From Candidatus Latescibacterota bacterium (GTDB taxonomy: Bacteria; Latescibacterota; UBA2968): a stretch of DNA of 64,000 nucleotides. A model generated the notes under the pieces. The model searched no databases. It had not been told where the DNA came from and worked only from the letters and a program-made list of their open reading frames with translations. The translations under genes were made by a program, and so were the position numbers. Of the stretch, positions 50,346 through 58,566 are shown piece by piece. Location: positions 3,168,001-3,232,000 of the forward strand of contig OZ240241.1 in assembly GCA_965198115.1 (NCBI GenBank). Reading direction: 5' to 3'. Numbering within the stretch: the first letter of the stretch is position 1; every line of letters begins with the position of its first letter.

Positions 50346-50374
50346 AAAAGGCCCCAGTCGATTTGACCGGGGCC
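50346..50374 (-). terminator. Intrinsic terminator
   Basis: GGCCCCGGTC-aaatc-GACTGGGGCC followed by TTTT on the minus strand. Confidence 0.7.
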
Positions 50375-50381
50375 CAAGAGT

Positions 50382-50445
50382 TGGACCGCAAGGGCTTAAC
50401 GCCCTCTGTCTTTTTAGGTGAAAGGCCGTGCCCGTCTGCGGTCCA
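50382..50445 (-). ncRNA. Putative structured RNA element (long interrupted hairpin) in the 3' UTR of a small ORF
   Basis: Perfect 9-bp outer stem TGGACCGCA/TGCGGTCCA, inner GGGC/GCCC and further pairing around an A-rich loop. Confidence 0.4.
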
Positions 50446-50479
50446 TATACCTATTCGTTTATATCGGCATCAATTCCTT

Positions 50480-50662
50480 TCAGGCCACGAGCCTGGCGTA
50501 ACTCGAAAGAACGATGTAGCGCGACCCCGTCCAGGGATTCCCCTGTCGTACGACGAGCAGGTGGTTCCCCTCGTGCCCTCGGCGAATCTCTTCGACCTCG
50601 CCGATGATCCAGTCTTTGAATTCGTGCGTGAAGCTGACGGTGTCTCCGGGCTGGAAAGCCAT
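50480..50662 (-). CDS. 60-aa small protein, possible SH3/KOW-like beta barrel
   Basis: RBS GGGAGG, ATG 50662; MAFQPGDTVSFTHEFKDWIIGEVEEIRRGHEGNHLLVVRQGNPWTGSRYIVLSSYARLVA. Confidence 0.6.
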   Translation of the reverse strand: MAFQPGDTVSFTHEFKDWIIGEVEEIRRGHEGNHLLVVRQGNPWTGSRYIVLSSYARLVA

Positions 50663-51061
50663 ATCAGACCTCCCGAGACGAGACGGTGGACGCTCGCTGC
50701 GATTCACTAGATATACGTCGCAAAGTTCGTGCCCGAAACGCCCCCACGGAGCCACGAAAACCTAAGTGCATTTATATACTGTTACTTATCTTCTCAATCG
50801 AAAACACGCACTCTCCGAATCCGGCCCACCTGTATGGTCAAAAGTGCCATACTACGCTGACAACGTGTGCCCAAGGCCCGACATCTCCGTACCTGAACCG
50901 AATGGCCCGGATGGCCGATTTCACCCGAAAGTGGCGGTTATCAACAGCCCCAGGGACCCGTCGAGGCCAGAGTGGCCAACATCGAATCCGCATACTGCCA
51001 AATGGGCCTATTCCGCTCGATTTTTCGACCTCCAAAGGATCAAGATCGATCTTCCGGAAAC

Positions 51062-51077
51062 TGGCACGGTTCGTGCA
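51062..51077 (+). promoter_or_regulatory. Putative sigma54 (-24/-12) promoter
   Basis: TGGCACG-GTTC-GTGCA versus consensus TGGCACG-N4-TTGCW, 38 bp upstream of the response regulator ATG. Confidence 0.6.
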
Positions 51078-51114
51078 CCGAATAACGCTATCACTCCGTT
51101 TCCTGGAAAAAACG

Positions 51115-51483
51115 ATGGCACGCATCCTACTCATAGACGACGATCCCGACATCCGCCGGCCGGTCCGTATACAGTTTGAAAAGAACGGACACGTCGTAGC
51201 AGAAGCGAGCGACGGAGTCGATGGGCTGGCGCAGTGCCACGAGGACCCGCCCGATCTGGTCATCTGCGACATCCTGATGCCGGAAATGGACGGGTTCGAA
51301 ACCATGCGGACACTGAAAAAAGACTTTCCCGACATGCCGATCCTCGTCCTCTCGGGCAGCATCCACGCCTACCTCGATATGGCGCCCGATCTCGGCGCGG
51401 ACTTCGTCCTCAGCAAGCCTTTCCGCCTCAGCGCTCTGCAGCACGCAGCCTCCGAGCTCATCACCAAGGCTGACCACTTGTAG
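51115..51483 (+). CDS. Single-domain response regulator (CheY-like)
   Basis: MARILLIDDD, DLVICDILMPEMDG, LSKPF. Confidence 0.9.
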   Translation: MARILLIDDDPDIRRPVRIQFEKNGHVVAEASDGVDGLAQCHEDPPDLVICDILMPEMDGFETMRTLKKDFPDMPILVLSGSIHAYLDMAPDLGADFVLSKPFRLSALQHAASELITKADHL

Positions 51484-52345
51484 CGCGTCTGCCGAGATCG
51501 ACCCGTAGAGCCATCCGGATTCCACCGTATGCCGGGACCAGTGTCACCCGTGTGCGTGAGACTTTGCTCTCGTGTCGCGCGAACGCCTTACCCACGGTCC
51601 TCCCGATCGCCCACCCCATCGCCCCACCGGCAACCACGTCCGACACCCAGTGGATGTCTCCCTGATACCCAAACGTCGCCGACGCCATCACGCACGCCGC
51701 CCATCCGTAGGCCCACGCCCTGACCTTCGCTGAATCGCTGTAGTAGCTCGAGAGAGCGGCGGCCATCGCCATATTGGTGATGGTGTGGCCAGACGGCCAT
51801 CCGTTGTAGATCCCGCGCCGCCAGAAGCCGAACACCCAGTCGCGACTCCGTTCCTCCGCGAGGTCGGGCTCGAAATACCGCGGATCGCGCCGTCCCGTGA
51901 TCGCCTTCACCAGGTTCCCCGACACCCAGGCTATCGCCACCGCCTGGAGTGCGGCCGAGCCGGCGTTGCGCGTCCGAACGTCCTCGCCCCGGTATCGCAG
52001 GATCAATGGAACGACGGCGGGCGCGAAGTAACCGAGTCCAAGAGCGGGCAGGCTGAGCCCCACCGACCAGCCCTCGGGGCGATGAGCCGACCAACGCTGG
52101 ACCCTCGCGTCCACATCCGACGCCATCAACCCCCAAGTCGCCCCGACCGAAACCGCGTGCACGAGTGTCGTCTTTCCCACAAAGCTGTCGATAAAATTGC
52201 GACCGAAACGCCACGTCGCGCCCCTGGCGATGTCCGGTGTCAACGCGGCGATCGATGAATCGGCCGGCACATTGCCTCCAATAGCCGGAACTGGAACAAC
52301 AAACAGGCATACCATCGACCATCGTCTGATGTCGTTCGAAAGCAT
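51461..52345 (-). CDS. PAP2-family phosphatase
   Basis: KAITGRRDP, WPSGH, HWVSDVVAG motifs. Confidence 0.88.
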   Translation of the reverse strand: MLSNDIRRWSMVCLFVVPVPAIGGNVPADSSIAALTPDIARGATWRFGRNFIDSFVGKTTLVHAVSVGATWGLMASDVDARVQRWSAHRPEGWSVGLSLPALGLGYFAPAVVPLILRYRGEDVRTRNAGSAALQAVAIAWVSGNLVKAITGRRDPRYFEPDLAEERSRDWVFGFWRRGIYNGWPSGHTITNMAMAAALSSYYSDSAKVRAWAYGWAACVMASATFGYQGDIHWVSDVVAGGAMGWAIGRTVGKAFARHESKVSRTRVTLVPAYGGIRMALRVDLGRRATSGQPW

Positions 52346-52414
52346 ACCCTGCGATCCTCCCGCTGGCCTTCCTCACCTGCTCGTCTCAGACCGAAGCTAC
52401 TGCGGCGTAAAGCG

Positions 52415-52449
52415 AAGCCCCCTCTCATCGAATGTGGGAGGGGGCTTTT
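52415..52449. terminator. Terminator-like hairpin downstream of the antitoxin gene
   Basis: AAGCCCCCTCTCA-tcgaatg-TGGGAGGGGGCTT. Confidence 0.55.
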
Positions 52450-52476
52450 CATTGCAAAGTTTGGATTCACACCCGA

Positions 52477-52689
52477 TCACGGTGTCCATCTGATCCTGGG
52501 TTTCTTCTTTTTGAGGGCACATTCACCAAGATAAAGATTGATCAGCGTCTGGTAGGGCATGCCGTATTCGCTCGACAGTTTCTTGAAGTAGTCGATCACG
52601 ACGGTGTCCAGACGAATCGTCACCTGCTTCTTGAGCCGGCGGGCGTAGGGATTCTTCTTCGCATTGGAAAAGTCGTATTCACGTTTCAT
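52477..52689 (-). CDS. BrnA-family (RHH) antitoxin, orphan
   Basis: MKREYDFSNAKKNPY...KQVTIRLD...YFK...MPYQTLINLYL. Confidence 0.88.
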   Translation of the reverse strand: MKREYDFSNAKKNPYARRLKKQVTIRLDTVVIDYFKKLSSEYGMPYQTLINLYLGECALKKKKPRIRWTP

Positions 52690-52836
52690 ATCCCGTAGCT
52701 CCCGAAGTATTCGCACCTCTACTGCGACTCGTTCTACACATATAAAGTATATTATACTTATAGAATAATTATAACTGGAAATAGCTTCCCACGTGGTGAA
52801 AAGGGACATCCCCCGTTTGTTCGGTGTTTTTCGGCC

Positions 52837-53946
52837 TTAAGCCACATCCAGCATCGACGGTTGCGCAGGGGCCTCACGCACGACCGAGCAACGACTTCTT
52901 GGATCCAGTGCCTCTATGAGTTCGACGAGGAGATCGCGTTCATCTCCGCCCATCTGTCGTATGCCCTCGGCGATTCGCTGCACAATCGTCGGGTCCATCG
53001 TGACTCGGGCCTTCATCAGCATCATCCTCAGGACGCCCGCTGTGGTGGCCAGACGCTCGTAGCGTCGACCGAATCCACGTTCCTCCAGCAGAATACCGGC
53101 AGTTTCCAGATATCGGATCCGATCCACCATCATCTTCTTGTGTTCCCAGAGGATATGAATGGGGCGGATGTCATAGCAGTCCGGGCGCCCGGCCAGAAAA
53201 GCGAAATACCTTTCGAGCCATTCGTAGGTTGCGAGTCCGTAGAACCGACAATCGTGATTACGCAAGCCCGTGAAGCGCTTTGACGTGTTTTTCGACCAGA
53301 CGTAATCCTGAAGTTGTGAGCGGATCCATTCGGTATCGAGCTCGTAGTCGATTTCGGGAATCGGTCGGAGAAGACCGAGCCCCTGCTGATTATAATGCCC
53401 CGCGAGATCCGCAGACGCAATCGCCCGTTCGACATCATCGAACCCTAATTCGTCTATGGTGTAATCTCCCGTCCGGTCGAATCCGATCGAAACGACGAAC
53501 GAATCGCTCTCGGAATCGAAACCGCTGATCAGGATTTCGTGACAGAGATGGCGCTCCTGAAACGCCGCGCTCCCGGGTATGTAGAACGCATCGACGCACG
53601 CCTCGACGTAGTAGCCCAACCCGATTGACTCTACGAGAAACGTGACCAATCCATCGGTGCGCATCGCCAGTCGACGGTCCAGCCAATGGCTCTCGAGAAA
53701 TGGACAAACGAGAACGTGGCGAAACGGATGAATCGCGTAATAATCGGGATGAAGGTAAAAGTCGAACTTCTCGAACCGCCCTTTGACGGCGCGCTCGAAG
53801 TCATAGTGACCGGGACAACTGAGCTGGATGTATTGACTGTAGAACCACGGCAAGAACGCACGCCTTCCAGCCAGGATCGACAGTGGGAATGCGTGGTGGA
53901 GGTAGCCATTCAGGGTCGGAATCGAAAGAGGCAGAAGTCTTCTCAT
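52837..53946 (-). CDS. BtrH-like (papain-fold) protein of the kind found beside carrier proteins
   Basis: WFYSQYIQL, VDAFYIP, HLCHEILISGFD, LWEHKKMM; family call by resemblance only. Confidence 0.55.
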   Translation of the reverse strand: MRRLLPLSIPTLNGYLHHAFPLSILAGRRAFLPWFYSQYIQLSCPGHYDFERAVKGRFEKFDFYLHPDYYAIHPFRHVLVCPFLESHWLDRRLAMRTDGLVTFLVESIGLGYYVEACVDAFYIPGSAAFQERHLCHEILISGFDSESDSFVVSIGFDRTGDYTIDELGFDDVERAIASADLAGHYNQQGLGLLRPIPEIDYELDTEWIRSQLQDYVWSKNTSKRFTGLRNHDCRFYGLATYEWLERYFAFLAGRPDCYDIRPIHILWEHKKMMVDRIRYLETAGILLEERGFGRRYERLATTAGVLRMMLMKARVTMDPTIVQRIAEGIRQMGGDERDLLVELIEALDPRSRCSVVREAPAQPSMLDVA

Positions 53947-53947
53947 A

Positions 53948-54232
53948 TCAGCCTCCTGCCTCGTCGTCCGTCACACTCGCGACGTAATCCGCCATCGCCT
54001 TCACGTTGTCGAACAACTCAACGCGCAGATCTTCGTCCTGAATCTCGATTCCGAAATCCTTCTCGATGGCGACGATTATCTCGATCGTCGCCATCGAATT
54101 CAGACCCACGCCGCCGCCGAAAAGCTGGTCTTCCGTGCCGATTTCGTGCGGCTCCACCTGAAGATCCAGCGTTTCCACGATCAATTCCTTGATGCGATCT
54201 TCGATTTCTTCTTCTATCAGTGTGTCAGACAT
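53948..54232 (-). CDS. Acyl carrier protein
   Basis: Acidic 94 aa; GLNSMATIEIIVAIEKDFGIEIQDEDL with the phosphopantetheine Ser. Confidence 0.88.
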   Translation of the reverse strand: MSDTLIEEEIEDRIKELIVETLDLQVEPHEIGTEDQLFGGGVGLNSMATIEIIVAIEKDFGIEIQDEDLRVELFDNVKAMADYVASVTDDEAGG

Positions 54233-56091
54233 AGTGCCTCCTCAATGCTCGAGCTTGTATCAGCTCGAAATGCGCGATCAAACGATCGCACAGACGATCA
54301 ACGTCGTGCGAATTCGTGATGCGGCAGACAGGCATTTCGAATCGCTTCGACAGCCGTGTCGTATGATGGGTGATGGTCGCTTCGTCCATTTGGCGGGGGG
54401 TCACGAGCGATGCGCCGTATGCCTCGCGGATGTGTTTCTCCTTGTCACTCAAGGCGAGAGCGACCGTCGGACATTTGACGACGGCACGGATTGCGTCGAT
54501 CGTGTCTGCGATGTAATCACCAGGATCGATGCTGTTCACAACCAGGACGCACGCATCCGGTTTCGCGCCCAGTAGGAACGGCGTCGTTGACATATTCAAA
54601 GTGCTGGGCTCATAGACGCCATAGGGGATACTGCCCGATTGAGTTCCCACCAGCAGAAGATCCGGCGTAGCGTCCGCACAGATCGATCGCAGGCAGGCAT
54701 CGATGTAGGGTGGGTACATCCGCAGTGGGAGGTCCGCCGGCGCCGCGTATCCGTTCGGAAACGTGACCTCCATTCCGAAGAGCGCCGCGTGATGCTCCGT
54801 TCCCAATTGCCCCACGCGATAGCCTCGGGCGATGAAAGCGCGGCGAAGACCAACCTGAAGCGTGAACTTTCCTTGCTGGGAGCTGGTGCCGCAAACGGCG
54901 ATCACGGGCACTCCCACCTGATCCAGGTCCTGGGCCTGTTGGATCGTAGCATCAACTCCTGTGCGGCAATGTCTGGATACGCGATCTGTAACCCTTTCTC
55001 GCAGGCCAATTCGTGGAGATCCGGGTACGCGTCAGGTCGAACAGGTAGAAAGCTGAAGACGTTCGAGCCGCCTATTAACGCAGCCTCGACGTATTCTCCT
55101 ACCAAGTCTCGCCGATGGATCCGCGCGAGCTGATCGACGTAGCCCAGAATCACGGTGTCCACCCCGGTCACGAGATCCTGGAACCTGGGCTGAATCGGAA
55201 GATCGGCCCGTGGGAGCCCCAGGACTTCCGCCGCATCCTTCCCCACCAACCCCTTACCTGGATGATCTCCCACGGACACAATCTCGAACTCCAACTGGTG
55301 ACGATACCGCACAAGCGCGTGCATTTCTTTGTTGTAGGGGAACAGACTCACTCTCCCCATCCACGACAGATCCATTGAGGCCGTCGCTGGCGCAGCCACA
55401 TCCACTGGCACCGCACACTCGCTCGAACCCGATTGCTCTAGCCAGGAACGCACGTCGTTCAATGACGAAGGCCATTCTTTGTTCATCGCGAGCGCTACTG
55501 CACCCGCGACGTGTGGTGCCGCGAAACTCGTCCCTCCGACGAACACCTCCTTGCAGTCGAGCCAGCACAATCGTTGGCGTCCGCCAGGCCCTGTGCACTC
55601 GACTTTTCGCCCTTGCTGATAAGTAAAACCAGATTGTACATCGCCTCCGGTCACCCCGATCACTTCCGGAAACATCGCCGGGTAACTGGCGACGTCGTCG
55701 TTATGTGCAGCGGCGATCAGAACGGTCCCCGAATCGGCTGCGGCCCTGCAGGCCTTGTGCAGCCTGTCTCGGATGGCACCGTCCGTTGTACCCAAGCTCA
55801 GGTTGACCACCTGCACTCAATGGGCGAGACACCACTCGATCGCTTCGACCAGCCGGTCTCCATCGCACGTCATCGATTCATCGAAAATGCGAACGCTGAA
55901 GATCGCTGACTCCGGGGCCAGTTTTCGAACGATGCCAGCACACCCCGTACCGTGGCCAGAGAGATCGGAGAAATCGTCCGCATCATCACCCGACAGCAGG
56001 TTAATCCCACCCGCCAGATCGCCAATCTTTGGATGCTCGTCGACGCGCTGTCCACGATCGCGACACGAACAGCCTCACCCTTCCCCATCAT
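54225..56091 (-). pseudogene. S8 subtilase fused to Rossmann/P-loop DUF1611-like domains; two frameshifts and one nonsense codon
   Basis: VAIVDS[G]VD (frameshift about 56045), GHGTGCAG, TGA 55817-55819, VVNLSLG, GTSFAAPHVAG, FPYNKEMHALVR, frameshift about 54950, VCGTSSQQGKFTLQ. Confidence 0.8.
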
Positions 56092-56495
56092 CCACCTCCA
56101 CCATTCATTACGTGTTGTAATCGTACAATCATTCCGGTCTCGACTTCCACGTGCACGATCAGTTCTTCACCCTTCGATCTCCAGCGATACTCGAACACAG
56201 ACAGCCCACAAAGAACCTTGTCGTCATACCCGTAATGCCGGTCCACGATCAGGGTTCGCAGGAAGTCGTGGCGAGAAAAGTAACATTTAGCAACATCGTG
56301 CTTCGGAATGGCAGGGATGTAGTTGACCATATTCAGGGCCGTTTCGGGCACCCCCTTGAATCCTCCTCGTTTGAACAACGGGATAGCCTTGCGATTGAAT
56401 GGCCAGGTGTGAAGGGAGAGGTAGGGGGCGTTGGATTGGCAGAGTTTGCGGATTAAAGGGCGGTAAAGGCGTATGGCGGCTACCTGCCGGACCAC
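56088..56495 (-). pseudogene. Internal fragment of a GNAT-containing protein
   Basis: LHTWPFNRKAIPLFKRGGF resembles GNAT motif B; N-terminus missing. Confidence 0.5.
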
Positions 56496-56853
56496 CCACC
56501 TCGTTGTCGCTACCGAATGTCGTGACGATTAACTCGGCGGGCGCAGTGATTTGCGGCAGGACGTGCTCGACGAGCACAGTTGCAACGCCTCTTCGTCGCC
56601 ACTTCTCGGCCACCGAAAGCCACCCGATCCGGTAAACCGGCGGACGGCTCGAAAACAACAGCCCGCCCATCAGCTTCGTCCCGGGACCACCGTCATCCTC
56701 CCGAACGCAATAGGCACTCCCCTGCGCGATGTGCTGCACAAGCGCGGCGTGAAACCCCGGCTCATCGACCATCGGCCCGAACAGGAACTCGACCTCAGCT
56801 GCGAGGTCGAGCCAGGCAGGTACATCCTCCGTTGTGGCGGCGCACACAAGCAT
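56490..56853 (-). pseudogene. GNAT acetyltransferase, 3' truncated
   Basis: IGWLSVAEKWRRRGVA; GNAT-like sequence stops after VTTFGSDNEVGGPA, where the neighbouring fragment begins. Confidence 0.65.
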
Positions 56854-56871
56854 TTCGGACCCTTCTTATTC

Positions 56872-58291
56872 GGCTCTATCCGGGTTTCTCAACGGTGAAA
56901 CTATAGAATGACAAGGTCATAGATCGTTCCCTACGCTTGGTTGTGTGTGTAGGACAATCAAAGCGAAGGGGGTGCGACCTATGACCGGGAGCAGATTACT
57001 ATCGAAACTGCTGAGATTCAAGGGGGTCCGTGTTGTCAGCTGGTGGTTTGAGGGGAGAAGCTGCTTCGTCATCGCCGTAAAGCCACATAAGAATGGTTGT
57101 TGTTGTCCGGAGTGCGGCCGTCGAGGTAAAATCGTCCGCACAATGCCCCATCCGCGTCGGTGGCGTGACATTCCGGTGTGCGGGTGGAGGGTCTGGCTTC
57201 TCTACCATCCTCGGGAGATTCGGTGTCCTACCCACGGTCGTGTGGTCGAGGAGATTCCGTGGGCGGAGCGGTTCTCTCGGGTGACGTATCGCTTCGAGTA
57301 TGCCATGCTGCGCTACTGCCAGACCATGACGCAGAAGGCGGCGTCCGAGTTACTGCGCATCTCTGCCTCGACGCTGTCGGATCTCCTTCACCGATCCATC
57401 ACGCGGCTTCGTGAAGGTCATCGTATCCGAGGGCTCAAAACCATCGGGATCGACGAGATCTCCTACGCCAAGCGTCACAGGTACGCCACGCTCGTTTACG
57501 ATCTGGACCGCTCCTGCGTGGTGTGGGTTGGCCGCGGCAGGGCGCGTAAAACGATCGATCGGTTCTTCACAGAGGCTCTCAGTCCCTACCAGAGATCCAA
57601 GATCGAGTGGGCCTGCTGCGACATGAGCGAAGCTTACATCGGAGCCATCCAGGAACACTGTCCGAATGCCAAGCTGGTCCTCGATCGCTTTCACATCGTC
57701 AAGGCTCTCAATGCCGCCGTTGACGAGGTCCGTAAGGACCAGTGGCGTAAAGCTGCCCCGGATGAGCGCAAAGCCATGAAGGGCCTCCGATGGCTCCTCT
57801 ACCGGCACTCAGCGACACGCTCCAGAGGGGATACTCGGACACTCAAAGCACTGGAGAAGGCGAACTACCGAATCTATAGAGCCTGGAGACTCAAGGACGA
57901 GTTCGAGCAGTTCTGGGAATACAAAGCGCCCTGGGCTGCCGAACGCTTCCTGAAATGCTGGACGACGTCCGCACTCAGAAGTCGACTTGAACCCCTGCGA
58001 AAGTTCGTCAGGACCCTGCGACAGCACTTCTTCGGCGTCCTCGCATTCGTGAACACGCGTCTTACCAACGCCATCGCCGAAGGCCTCAACCGAATCGTCC
58101 AAATCGTCAAGAACCGAGCCAGCGGATTCCGCACACTCGACGCATTCAACGATATGATCTTCCTTACCGTCGGAGACATAAACATCCCTGAGCAGATTCC
58201 GAAGAGGTTCCGCACACTCTAACCGCGCCCCCATGCCAGGAACCACGACACCTTCACCCACTTCATCTCGTTGAGAGATCCGGATATAGCC
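56872..58291 (+). mobile_element. ISL3 copy 4 (1420 bp)
   Basis: Same IRs; 7-bp TSD CTTATTC (56865-56871 / 58292-58298). Confidence 0.95.
56945..58222 (+). CDS. ISL3-family transposase
   Basis: Near-identical to the other copies. Confidence 0.95.
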   Translation: MCRTIKAKGVRPMTGSRLLSKLLRFKGVRVVSWWFEGRSCFVIAVKPHKNGCCCPECGRRGKIVRTMPHPRRWRDIPVCGWRVWLLYHPREIRCPTHGRVVEEIPWAERFSRVTYRFEYAMLRYCQTMTQKAASELLRISASTLSDLLHRSITRLREGHRIRGLKTIGIDEISYAKRHRYATLVYDLDRSCVVWVGRGRARKTIDRFFTEALSPYQRSKIEWACCDMSEAYIGAIQEHCPNAKLVLDRFHIVKALNAAVDEVRKDQWRKAAPDERKAMKGLRWLLYRHSATRSRGDTRTLKALEKANYRIYRAWRLKDEFEQFWEYKAPWAAERFLKCWTTSALRSRLEPLRKFVRTLRQHFFGVLAFVNTRLTNAIAEGLNRIVQIVKNRASGFRTLDAFNDMIFLTVGDINIPEQIPKRFRTL

Positions 58292-58566
58292 CTTATTCTC
58301 ACCCGCGATCAAAGGGTGCCAAGGTAGGCGACCCAGACATCCGCTGCAACTCTGAGTCCGTCGTCAAGGTGCCACACCCTTACGAGATCCCCCGGCACCC
58401 CGTTCCGGTTTGTATTATCCTGTACTCGCAATCGGAACCCGGAGACACTCCCAAACCCATCCCCGACTAGGGTCTCGGTCCACCGCACTTCCACCCTTTC
58501 GTGTTTTTCGTGGTTCGTTTTGAGTTTCTTCCGTGTATTCCGTGGTCTCTAGTTTTCGAGGTCCCC

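Noticed and set aside
50346-50445. Riboswitch controlling the ADP-ribosylglycohydrolase operon
   Set aside because: No aptamer consensus that I recognise, and it lies about 200 bp from the start; kept only as an unknown structured element
50686-51114. Long N-terminal extension of the response regulator
   Set aside because: Runs through promoter-like DNA; the receiver domain begins at MARILLIDDD (51115)
55817-55819. In-frame TGA in the subtilase as selenocysteine
   Set aside because: Lies in the non-catalytic loop before VVNLSLG, probably GGA>TGA; the gene has other lesions
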